DNA from: Acidobacteriota bacterium
GTDB lineage: Bacteria > Acidobacteriota > UBA6911 > JACQSX01
Direction of reading: 5' to 3'
NCBI GenBank assembly: GCA_036507075.1
Contig: DASXQR010000045.1
Location: forward strand, 1-34,447
DNA length: 34,447 nucleotides
The position numbers and the translations under genes are program-made. Of this stretch, positions 25,788 through 33,911 are shown in pieces (the stretch's first letter is position 1; each line of letters opens with the position of its first letter). The notes beneath the pieces were generated by a model. It was not told where the DNA came from and did no database searches. It worked only from the letters and a program-made list of their open reading frames with translations.

Positions 25788-25818
25788 TTTCGCAGATTTT
25801 GACTCATGCCGGTTATGT
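25788..25818 (+). promoter_or_regulatory. Candidate competence-regulon promoter motif, copy 2 (upstream of the FimT-like pilin)
   Basis: TTTCGCAGATTTT-gactcat-GCCGGTTATGT; ATG follows 5 nt later. Confidence 0.65.
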
Positions 25819-25823
25819 CCGGC

Positions 25824-26243
25824 ATGACACAACATGGATTCACCCTAGTCGAATCATTGATCGTTCTTACGATCCTGGGACTGATGTTCATCTCGACGGT
25901 TCCCGGGTTGGTCTCCGTTCACCATCAGTGGAAGCTCTATGGCGCGGCCAATGAATTGGCGGCCGAACTGGAGCGCGTTCGCGTGCGTGCCGTGCTGGCC
26001 AACATGGAAATCCGGGTAAAGACCGGCGCCAACCAGTATTCCATTGAGCAGTCGGACCTGGAGAGCCGGCTTATTCCACTGGGTTCCGGTCTTTCCTTCG
26101 CGGGGTCGCCCAAAACCGTGCTCTTCACGCCCCACGGCACCGCTACGCCGGGAGTAACCCTCACGCTTTCTTACAGATCAGGAAGGGTTTGCGTGATCGT
26201 CTCCCCGGCAGGCAGGGTTCGGCTTGCCGAACCGCGGCCGTGA
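25824..26243 (+). CDS. FimT/GspH-like minor pilin
   Basis: Class III signal HG|FTLVE plus hydrophobic helix; ANELAAELE..R..A, FTPHG and C-terminal VSPAGRVR. Confidence 0.85.
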   Translation: MTQHGFTLVESLIVLTILGLMFISTVPGLVSVHHQWKLYGAANELAAELERVRVRAVLANMEIRVKTGANQYSIEQSDLESRLIPLGSGLSFAGSPKTVLFTPHGTATPGVTLTLSYRSGRVCVIVSPAGRVRLAEPRP

Positions 26244-26251
26244 AACTAAAA

Positions 26252-26306
26252 AGAGTGGGAGAGGTGGGAGGGGTGGGAGAGTGGGAGAGTGGGAGAGTGG
26301 GAGAGT
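26252..26306 (+). repeat. GTGGGAGA octamer tract (G-quadruplex-compatible)
   Basis: Six GTGGGAG units giving seven G-runs of 3 or more. Confidence 0.85.
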
Positions 26307-26324
26307 TCGAACGCGGGAGCCAAA

Positions 26325-26443
26325 GTCAGTACCGCGGGCGTTAGCCCGCGCCGGGAGAATCGATCCCCAATCCGCCCCAGCGGCGTCAGATTTGCACAGG
26401 TTTTCTGATTTTGAGACTGCGGGCTGACGTCCGTAGTACTGAC
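26325..26443. repeat. Second GTAC-family REP-like inverted pair
   Basis: gtcagtaccgcgggcgttagcccgcg ... gcgggctgacgtccgtagtactgac; shares about 42 nt with the reverse complement of 3444-3485. Confidence 0.88.
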
Positions 26444-26494
26444 GCAGGCAGCGCATGCCGGGGATGCAAACAAGTCTGAATAAGGGAGAGGTCA

Positions 26495-26860
26495 ATGAAT
26501 CAAAAACAGACAAAGCGCCAAGGTCAATTTCAAGGCCTCACTCTTCTCGAAGTCCTTATGGCAGTGCTGCTTTCCATGAGTGCCATGCTGGTGGGGGCCC
26601 CTGTGCTCAGTCTTTCACTAAAGCTCGTCCATCAGGATCGAAACTCCTTTGACCGCCAGATCGCCCTTGAACAGGTCTGGCAGCAAATCTCCGAGCGCCC
26701 CGGCGCATTCCCTGCCATGTTGGAGAAGGACTGCCGCGTGGGGGAAGACAGAACCGTAACCGTAATCATCCAGAAGATGCAGGCGGACGGGCCCCTGCTT
26801 CGATGGAAGCTCTTCACTGCTGACGGAGCCTATTCCGAAGAAAGGTGGCTTTCAAGATGA
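26495..26860 (+). CDS. PilV/GspI-like minor pilin
   Basis: QG|LTLLE plus hydrophobic helix; short protein; GGAGAGG RBS. Confidence 0.75.
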   Translation: MNQKQTKRQGQFQGLTLLEVLMAVLLSMSAMLVGAPVLSLSLKLVHQDRNSFDRQIALEQVWQQISERPGAFPAMLEKDCRVGEDRTVTVIIQKMQADGPLLRWKLFTADGAYSEERWLSR

Positions 26861-27483
26861 CCCGAATGACAACTGAGCATGGCGGCACGCTGCTGGAAAC
26901 AATGATCGCCGCGTTTCTTTGTTGTCTACTGGTCCTGGCCTGGGGGGAGCTGTTGCAATCCATACAGTCGGCATGTATTGCCGCTGTGGAAGCCAGTCGC
27001 ATCCAGACGGGAGTTCGGGTGGCGCATCGCGCGCTCTGGCTTTCCATCTGCCAGGCAGGACAGAACCAGCCGCGCTCGTCTGTTGAACTCAGCGAGTCGG
27101 GCGTTTTATCCATTGCCAGTGACCTGAATGGACCGGCGGGAGATCCCGACAACAGCCTGGAGCAGGAATTCGAGAGGCAGAGCTTTCGCCTCGATCCCGA
27201 CTTCGCACCGCAGATGTCGGGAGCAGCCTTTGACCAGGCTGCCAACCTGCAATGGAAATCCGGAGCTGGAAATTTTCAGCCTTTCGTCACTCACTTGACC
27301 GGCATACAACACCGGCTGATACGCGGCCGGTCCGGAACACGTTCCATATCCACCACGCTGCGCATGCGTGGAAGGTTTACGGGACTAAGGCGCGGCGCCG
27401 TGCCGGGTCGTTCTTTTGTCTTCGACTTCCCATTGGAGAAAAATCGTGAGCAGTGGTTTCGATACGACGTTGAACAGAACTGA
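26857..27483 (+). CDS. PilW/GspJ-like minor pilin
   Basis: HG|GTLLE plus hydrophobic helix; ATGA overlap with the previous gene; DLNG motif. Confidence 0.7.
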   Translation: MTRMTTEHGGTLLETMIAAFLCCLLVLAWGELLQSIQSACIAAVEASRIQTGVRVAHRALWLSICQAGQNQPRSSVELSESGVLSIASDLNGPAGDPDNSLEQEFERQSFRLDPDFAPQMSGAAFDQAANLQWKSGAGNFQPFVTHLTGIQHRLIRGRSGTRSISTTLRMRGRFTGLRRGAVPGRSFVFDFPLEKNREQWFRYDVEQN

Positions 27484-28684
27484 TGACCAATCCGGATTCG
27501 CCTTGCTGATGGTTCTGCTGTTCGTGATGATTTCCATACTCGCCTTTGCCTCGGTGCTGTCCATCTCCCAAAACACGGCCAGCCTGACAACGGAATCCGT
27601 ATCCACTGCCAGACTGCGATCGTCGGTGATTTCGGGCATCGACTATGCCGAATCAAAGCTCCGTCCCGCCGATTTTGATGATGTTCTCAAGGGGATGAAT
27701 CATCTACCCGACGCGGATCTGGAGACGGCCGGAAGCATTCATTTTCGCAATCCGATTTCAAGGGCGCGGATGATGGAATCCGAGTGGAACAGATTGGGCT
27801 ACTCGGGGGCTGACGACGGTCTCTTTTACGCCAACGACGCCATTGCAAACCAGGATGGACTGGAGCTGAACGGATGCAGGCTGTTTTTCAAAGTTGTCAA
27901 CAATTCTGATGATCCCGGTGGTCCCTTCCAGGACAAGGACGACTGCGTGCTGGTTCGCGTGGCCGGAGTCACTCCACTGCCGGCCGGCTTTCTCTCGTTT
28001 CGAAAGATCCGAAACATTTCCGAAATCGTTGAGGTTCAACTGAGGCGGAACAGCACATTTCTTGGACCCGCCGCGATTTATGCTCCAACAGGTTCTCTGG
28101 TAATTGATCTTTCCGCCGGCGGGGTTGTCGACGGCTTATCGGAAGTGAGCACGGGAGCCGCCATAGCGACAGGGGCCGACGCGGCGGACGTACGCCTGAA
28201 TTCGCCCGAGCAGTTGCGTGGCAATCCGGTGCAAATGGACCTCTCAGACCGCATCCAAAGCGACTCACGAATGCGTTGGCTGGCCGATCCCGCTTTTGTG
28301 GAGCACTGGAGATTGCGTATCTCCGATTACGCCGCGGCTCAATCGGTCGCCGACGGATCGCTGCAGACTTACTGGTTTCCGACGGGAGTGGAGCTTTCGG
28401 GAAACTCGGTGATTCGCGGGGTTGTTTTCTCGCCGGCAGGCGTGACTCTGAGCGGCTCTGCGACGCTGGAGGGTCTTCTGGTCCTGCTGGATTCTGCCAC
28501 CGTTGGAATGCAGCACAATTCGCGAATTCGAGGAGGGATCGTGGTGGTGGGCAATGGGCAAGTTCGGTTGACGCTTACCGGCCAGACCCGGGTCGAATAT
28601 TCCCCCGGCTTGATTATGCAGGCAATAAAACTGCTGCCGCTTTCACGCACCCGCTTTCGGTATATTTTGCCCGGCATGCAATAA
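27470..28684 (+). CDS. PilX/GspK-like minor pilin
   Basis: SG|FALLM with no Glu5, as is typical of PilX/GspK; SGIDYA; beta-helix-like C-terminus. Start uncertain (TTG 27470, GTG 27446, ORF track 27416). Confidence 0.72.
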   Translation: MNRTDDQSGFALLMVLLFVMISILAFASVLSISQNTASLTTESVSTARLRSSVISGIDYAESKLRPADFDDVLKGMNHLPDADLETAGSIHFRNPISRARMMESEWNRLGYSGADDGLFYANDAIANQDGLELNGCRLFFKVVNNSDDPGGPFQDKDDCVLVRVAGVTPLPAGFLSFRKIRNISEIVEVQLRRNSTFLGPAAIYAPTGSLVIDLSAGGVVDGLSEVSTGAAIATGADAADVRLNSPEQLRGNPVQMDLSDRIQSDSRMRWLADPAFVEHWRLRISDYAAAQSVADGSLQTYWFPTGVELSGNSVIRGVVFSPAGVTLSGSATLEGLLVLLDSATVGMQHNSRIRGGIVVVGNGQVRLTLTGQTRVEYSPGLIMQAIKLLPLSRTRFRYILPGMQ

Positions 28685-28706
28685 GCGCGAAGGCCGGAAA
28701 AACTTG

Positions 28707-28838
28707 AACCGCCAAGCACGCAAAGAGCGCCAAGCCTCCGCTTTCCGCCTTCCGCCCCCTGCTTTCTGCCTCCTGCCTTCCACTTCCTGCCTCCTGCCTC
28801 CTGCCTTCTGCCTCCTGCCTTCCGCTTTCCGCCTTCCG
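28707..28838. repeat. Solitary ACCGC arm plus unpaired pyrimidine heptamer tract
   Basis: aaccgccaagcacgcaaagagcgccaag followed by about 14 C(C/T)GC(C/T)(T/C)(T/C) units. Confidence 0.85.
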
Positions 28839-28882
28839 TATTGTGGTTTCCGTCACGTCGGCAAAGTGCTACACTGGAGGAC

Positions 28883-29506
28883 ATGAAACTCAGACTTATT
28901 ATCTTCAGCTTGGTTTTGGTTAACTTCTTGAGCCTTAACGCTCAATCGGTCGCGGAACTGGCCAAAAAGGATCGCGAAAAGCGCGAAAAGGAAGGCAAGG
29001 TTATTCGTGTCATCAGAAACGAGGACTTGAAGAACATCCAGGGCGCGAAAGTTACCCACAGTTCGACAGCAGCGCCCAGAACGGAAGCCGTAGTTGCCGG
29101 ACCGGGAGCACCCGCTCCTTCCGACACAGTGGCACCACCGGAAGCCGGATCCCTGGATGAAAACTACTGGCGCGCGGCTTTTCGGGATGCGCGCTTGAAG
29201 CTGCAACTGGCGCAGAACCGCGGCCTGGTGCTGGAGCTGAAGATTAATGATCTTCGCAATCGTTTTTTTACCGAGAGCGACGGAAGCACACGAAACTTAA
29301 TCGAGCAGGAAATGAATAAAGGCCGGGAAGATCTGGAAGCCAACAAGCTGGAGATCAAGAAGGCCGAGGAAGAACTGGCAAAACTCGAAGAAGCAGCGAA
29401 AAAAGTGAACGTTCCGGCAGGCTGGATGCGTGGTGAAACCGTTCCGCCGGTAGCCACCACTCCTGCGCAGCCGGCTGCCGCTCCTGCCCCGAAGCCGCCA
29501 CAGTAA
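28883..29506 (+). CDS. Secreted coiled-coil protein of unknown function
   Basis: Signal peptide MKLRL..LNA|Q, QSVAELAKK..IRNEDL, ENYWR, long charged helix and Pro/Ala tail. Confidence 0.8.
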   Translation: MKLRLIIFSLVLVNFLSLNAQSVAELAKKDREKREKEGKVIRVIRNEDLKNIQGAKVTHSSTAAPRTEAVVAGPGAPAPSDTVAPPEAGSLDENYWRAAFRDARLKLQLAQNRGLVLELKINDLRNRFFTESDGSTRNLIEQEMNKGREDLEANKLEIKKAEEELAKLEEAAKKVNVPAGWMRGETVPPVATTPAQPAAAPAPKPPQ

Positions 29507-29513
29507 GAATTCT

Positions 29514-29664
29514 TTCACCACAAAGACACAAAGAGCACAAAGCAGGACGAGGGGGCAGGCAGAGTCGGGTCAGCTCAAAGCATCTTGCCACAGCACTTTG
29601 AGACCTGACCGGACTCTGCCTGCCCCCTCGTCTGACTTTGTGTCCTTTGTATCTTTGTGGTGAA
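29514..29664. repeat. 151-bp composite hairpin between convergent genes
   Basis: Outer ACCAC arms, perfect 21-bp inner IR 29546-29566 / 29612-29632, then ggtcag/ctgacc and ctcaaag/ctttgag. Confidence 0.93.
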
Positions 29665-29666
29665 CG

Positions 29667-30032
29667 TCAATCCATCAACTTCAGTTTCCACCACAACACT
29701 TTTTCCAGATAGTCAAGATCAAAGGGCTTGACGATGTAGTCGAATGCGCCCATGTTCAAGGCGCTTCGCCCCACAGCCTCGTCCGTTACCGCCGTCACCA
29801 TGATGACGCCGATGTCTTTGTTGTATTGCTTTACTTCCTTGAGGACTTCCAACCCGCTTTTCCCCGGCATATATATGTCGAGAAGCACGACTTTGGGAGA
29901 CTCCGTTTTGACTTTTTCCAGCGCTTCGGTGCCATTGGAAGCCGTTACCACTTCAAAACTCTTCTTCTCTAGAAATTTCCTGAGAAGATTCACAATTACC
30001 GGCTCATCGTCCACCACCAGAATCTTGGTCAT
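29667..30032 (-). CDS. Single-domain response regulator (CheY-like receiver)
   Basis: ILVVDDE, LLDIYMP, MVTA and YIVKPF. Confidence 0.92.
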   Translation of the reverse strand: MTKILVVDDEPVIVNLLRKFLEKKSFEVVTASNGTEALEKVKTESPKVVLLDIYMPGKSGLEVLKEVKQYNKDIGVIMVTAVTDEAVGRSALNMGAFDYIVKPFDLDYLEKVLWWKLKLMD

Positions 30033-30144
30033 TCTTTCACCAGCCCCCTGCTTAAAACCAATGCCAACACCGCAACCGAAAAGCCCCTGCTATTCAGCAG
30101 GTCGACATCTTACTAGCAGCCTTCCGTTTGTGCAACGTTTGACC

Positions 30145-30269
30145 GTAGAGACGCGATAAATCGCGCCTCTGCACAGTTCGGAGAGACGGCCCGATGGCCG
30201 TCTCGTGCGAAGTCGACGGCGGCGCAATCCAGCGACATTCCCTGAGACGTCCCTCAGGACGTCTCTCCG
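30145..30269. repeat. REP-like palindrome cluster
   Basis: GTAGagacgcgat-aa-atcgcgcctctgc, then an inverted pair cggagagacggcc..ggccgtctc and gagacgtcc..ggacgtctctccg; related to 25611-25730. Confidence 0.85.
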
Positions 30270-30278
30270 AAAGAGTAA

Positions 30279-30983
30279 TTAACATTTTCTCGCGATATGC
30301 AGTGCGGCGATGCCGCCGCTAAAATTCGAGTAGCGCACGTCCTCCAAACCGAGAGATTCCAGCGTGCGGCACAGGGCGAGCTGGTCGGGGAACTCGCGTA
30401 CCGATTCGGGGAGGTAACGATAGGCATCGCCGGAGCGTGAAACGGCGGCGCCGATCCGCGGCAAAACACGATAAAAATAAAACTGAAATGCCTGGCGAAA
30501 GACCGGAAGCGCCGGTTGGGAAAACTCCAGGATGGCCAGCGTTCCTCCGGGGCGAAGAACCCGCACAAATTCCTGAATGCCGCACCGTAAATTCTCCAGG
30601 TTGCGAATACCAAAGGCGACGGTCACGGCCTGAAACACGGAATCACAAAATGGCAGTTGCAGGGCGTCGGCTTCGGCCATGAAAACCCGCCGGCTCAATT
30701 CCCTCTGGTGTATTTTACGGTTGGCAATCACCAGCATTGGATGGCAGAAGTCAACGCCGATTACCCGCCATGAATGCGACAAGGCAATCGCCAGATCGCC
30801 GGTCCCGCTGCAGACGTCCAGGACCAGCGCCCCTTTGCCGACATGGGTCAGTTGCCGCACCAAACGACGGCGCCATATCGCGTCGGTATTCAAAGAAAGC
30901 AGGTGATTGAGCAGGTCGTATCGCGGCGCGATCGAGGCAAACATGTCTCGAATGCGACCGGCGCTCTTGTCTACCGGTGTCAC
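30279..30983 (-). CDS. ubiE: Demethylmenaquinone/ubiquinone C-methyltransferase (MenG/UbiE)
   Basis: MFASIAPRYDLLNHLLS, VLDVCSGTGD, AFGIRN, RVLRPGG and YRYLPESV; GTGA overlap with aroB. Confidence 0.93.
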   Translation of the reverse strand: MTPVDKSAGRIRDMFASIAPRYDLLNHLLSLNTDAIWRRRLVRQLTHVGKGALVLDVCSGTGDLAIALSHSWRVIGVDFCHPMLVIANRKIHQRELSRRVFMAEADALQLPFCDSVFQAVTVAFGIRNLENLRCGIQEFVRVLRPGGTLAILEFSQPALPVFRQAFQFYFYRVLPRIGAAVSRSGDAYRYLPESVREFPDQLALCRTLESLGLEDVRYSNFSGGIAALHIARKC

Positions 30984-32035
30984 GAAAGGAATGCCTCAAG
31001 CCGCCGGCGCACTACCTCCAGGGGAATACCTCGCCGGATTTCTACCTGGCCCACGCGCTTGGGAAGAACAAAAGTAAATCTGCCGTCACGAAGTTTCTTA
31101 TCGTGTTGCATCAAATCCACCAGCGATGCGGCGGTCGACTGAACGGGAGGAAGAGCGCCATTAAGATGCACCAATTGTTGGATGGAGCGCCTTGTGGCCT
31201 GGTCACAAATGTCTTCGGCAGCGGCCAGATCAGCGGCAAACAGCATTCCCCAGCCAACCGACTGTCCATGCGTAAGCCGGCGGAATCCTCCGGCGGCCTC
31301 GATGGCATGTCCAAGCGTGTGGCCAAAGTTGAGAATCATTCGCTGATCGCCCTCCCTTTCATCACGGGAAACAATGTCCGCTTTGCATCGAACACAGGCC
31401 TCCACTATCGAGGCGATGTCGCCAGGCTTTCCGGCGGAATCAACCAGCAGGCGGTAAAGCCCGTTCTCCTGAATCAGCGCATACTTGATCACCTCGTACA
31501 TCCCGGACCGGTATTCGCGCTCAGGGAGAGTTTTCAAGAAATCAGTATCGATCAAAACTGCGACCGGCTGATGAAAGGCGCCAATCAAATTCTTTCCCAG
31601 CGGATGGTTGATGCCCGTCTTGCCTCCGATGGCCGCGTCCACCTGAGCCAGAAGCGTGGTGGGAATTTGAATCAGGCGCACGCCGCGCAGAATCGAGGCG
31701 GCGCCAAAGCCCGCCAGATCGCCAACCACGCCTCCTCCGAGCGCCACAACCACATGCGACCTTTCAATCTTGTTCTCGAGGAGAAACGACCAGAGCGCAC
31801 GCAGTGTTTCGACGCTCTTGGAATCTTCTCCCGCCGGAACGGTAAAGCAGGGATACATCGGGTCGCCGGCGGGAAACAGAGACCGGTAGAGGGCGGCGAT
31901 ATTCTCATCGGTAATTACGTAATAGCGGGGGGAAGGCGCCAGCTTTATCAGCAGCTCACGCACGTTGGAGGAGAGTCCCGGTTTGATCAATACCGGATAG
32001 GACCTCTCTCCCAGGGAGACTTTGATTTCAGTCAT
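30980..32035 (-). CDS. aroB: 3-dehydroquinate synthase
   Basis: GEDSK, ALGGGVVGD, PTTLLAQVD, GGKTGIN, KNLIGAF and LNFGHTLGHAIE. Confidence 0.96.
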   Translation of the reverse strand: MTEIKVSLGERSYPVLIKPGLSSNVRELLIKLAPSPRYYVITDENIAALYRSLFPAGDPMYPCFTVPAGEDSKSVETLRALWSFLLENKIERSHVVVALGGGVVGDLAGFGAASILRGVRLIQIPTTLLAQVDAAIGGKTGINHPLGKNLIGAFHQPVAVLIDTDFLKTLPEREYRSGMYEVIKYALIQENGLYRLLVDSAGKPGDIASIVEACVRCKADIVSRDEREGDQRMILNFGHTLGHAIEAAGGFRRLTHGQSVGWGMLFAADLAAAEDICDQATRRSIQQLVHLNGALPPVQSTAASLVDLMQHDKKLRDGRFTFVLPKRVGQVEIRRGIPLEVVRRRLEAFLS

Positions 32036-32059
32036 CGGTCATCAGGATGACGGCGGTGC

Positions 32060-32842
32060 CTATTTTGCCAGCATCCCTTCAGTCGGGCTGGAAGCGGTGG
32101 CGTACGATTTTTTGGGGATGCGTCCGGCCAGGTAAGCCAGGCGGCCCGCTTTCACAGCCAGGCCCATTGCCTCTGCCATGCGAACAGGATCCTGAGCTCC
32201 AGCGATTCCGGTATTCATTAAAACGGCGTCACATCCCAGCTCCATAGCTACCGCCGCATCGGAGGCGGTGCCGACTCCGGCATCGACGATCACCGGCACT
32301 CGCGCCATTTCCTTTATGATTCGAATGTTGTTTGGATTCTGAATCCCCAGTCCGGACCCGATGGGAGCACCCAGCGGCATGACCGCCGCCGCGCCCAGAT
32401 CTTCCAGCTTACGCGCCGTTACGGGATCGTCGTTGGTGTAAGGAAGAACCACGAACCCTTCCTTCACCAAAACCCGCGTGGCTTCCAGCAGCGCTTCGTT
32501 GTCGGGATAAAGCGTTTTCTCGTCGCCGATCACTTCCAACTTTATCCAATCCGATAATCCAGCCTCGCGCGCCAGGCGCGCATAGCGAATGGCGTCTTCG
32601 GCGTTGTAGCAGCCGGCGGTATTGGGAAGCAGAATAAACTTCTTGGGGTCGATGGCATCCAGCAGCGATTCACGCGAGCGGTCCGAAATGTTAATGCGGC
32701 GCACGGCGACCGTTACCACCTCTGCGCCGCTGGCTTCGAACGCGCCCTTCATCTGCTGGATGCTGGCGTATTTTCCTGTTCCCACAAACAGCCTGGAATG
32801 GATTTTCCGGCCGGCAATTTCCAGAAAGTCGTTTTCAATCAC
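32060..32842 (-). CDS. thiG: Thiazole synthase
   Basis: [38 protein letters not shown] and ASSP; GTG start at 32842 right after the thiS stop. Confidence 0.96.
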   Translation of the reverse strand: MIENDFLEIAGRKIHSRLFVGTGKYASIQQMKGAFEASGAEVVTVAVRRINISDRSRESLLDAIDPKKFILLPNTAGCYNAEDAIRYARLAREAGLSDWIKLEVIGDEKTLYPDNEALLEATRVLVKEGFVVLPYTNDDPVTARKLEDLGAAAVMPLGAPIGSGLGIQNPNNIRIIKEMARVPVIVDAGVGTASDAAVAMELGCDAVLMNTGIAGAQDPVRMAEAMGLAVKAGRLAYLAGRIPKKSYATASSPTEGMLAK

Positions 32843-32843
32843 T

Positions 32844-33044
32844 CTAACCGCCTCCCACAAAGTGAACGATTTCCACCTTGTCTCCCGATTTCAAAAGGAC
32901 CTCTTCCCATTCCTTGCGCGACACGATGCCGCGATTCAACTCCACCGCTACGCGCTCTTTTTTGAGATCCAGGATTCCCACGAGCTCGGCAATGCTGACG
33001 GAATCCGGCACGGATGTAGTTTCGCCGTTGATCGTCACCTGCAT
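32844..33044 (-). CDS. thiS: Sulfur carrier protein ThiS
   Basis: [27 protein letters not shown] with C-terminal di-glycine. Confidence 0.94.
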   Translation of the reverse strand: MQVTINGETTSVPDSVSIAELVGILDLKKERVAVELNRGIVSRKEWEEVLLKSGDKVEIVHFVGGG

Positions 33045-33121
33045 GACATTCGCTGAATTCATCTTAGAAGGATCTATGATAGCATTCCGGGTTCGGAGCA
33101 ACAACGTCGTTTGAACACCCC

Positions 33122-33610
33122 ATGATGCTGGCCTCGTTCCTTTTTTATTTTTTTGCCGCGACGGCGCTGCTCTCCGGATTGAACGTCGTGCTGCAGAAGA
33201 AGACTGTTAACAGCGCGCTCTCATTGATCGTCTGCCTGTGCGCGCTCTCGATGCTTTACATACAGCTCGACGCCACTTTTATCGCTGTCATCCAGATCAT
33301 TATTTATGCGGGCGCCATCATGGTCCTGTTTCTGTTCGTGATCATGCTGCTCAGCACTCAATCCGAGTCACTGCCACGCGCGTTAAACGTCAATTACGTG
33401 GCGATTCCATTGGGGATCCTGCTGGCGATCGTGATCGGGCAGGCCGCGCTCAGCTATAAGACTGCGACCGCCGAAATGGCCGCTCCTTCCGATATTTCCG
33501 CAGTCGGGACCGAGCTGTTTTCGAACTATCTGCTCCCCTTTGAGGCTACTTCCATCCTGATTCTGGTGGCCGTTCTGGGAGCGGTGATACTCGCCAAAAA
33601 AAATCCATGA
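33122..33610 (+). CDS. nuoJ: NADH-quinone oxidoreductase subunit J
   Basis: [20 protein letters not shown] and YLLPFE. Confidence 0.94.
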   Translation: MMLASFLFYFFAATALLSGLNVVLQKKTVNSALSLIVCLCALSMLYIQLDATFIAVIQIIIYAGAIMVLFLFVIMLLSTQSESLPRALNVNYVAIPLGILLAIVIGQAALSYKTATAEMAAPSDISAVGTELFSNYLLPFEATSILILVAVLGAVILAKKNP

Positions 33611-33909
33611 TTCCGCTGCAGCATTATTTGATTGTAGCCGCGGCGCTGTTCGCCATCGGGACCATCGGCGTTCTGGTGAAGCGAAATATGATTACCATGT
33701 TCATGTGCATCGAGTTGATGCTGAACGCGGTGAATCTCACCTTCATTGCCTTTGCCCGGTACTGGGGAAAAATCGATGGACAGATCTTCGTATTCTTCGT
33801 GATGACAGTAGCTGCCGCCGAAGCGACTGTGGGTCTGGCGATCATCGTGGCAATCTATCGCAATCGCGAGACACTGAACGTCGACGACGCCAACTCGATG
33901 AAGTGGTAA
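33607..33909 (+). CDS. nuoK: NADH-quinone oxidoreductase subunit K
   Basis: [11 protein letters not shown] and [12 protein letters not shown]. Confidence 0.96.
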   Translation: MIPLQHYLIVAAALFAIGTIGVLVKRNMITMFMCIELMLNAVNLTFIAFARYWGKIDGQIFVFFVMTVAAAEATVGLAIIVAIYRNRETLNVDDANSMKW

Positions 33910-33911
33910 CA

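Noticed and set aside
26401..26466. Possible third copy of the comEA/fimT motif before the PilV-like gene
   Set aside because: Only fragments match (gattttga, cgcag..catgccgg) with wrong spacing.
30977..32050. 357-aa + strand ORF
   Set aside because: Antisense shadow of aroB with no recognisable motifs; common in GC-rich genes.
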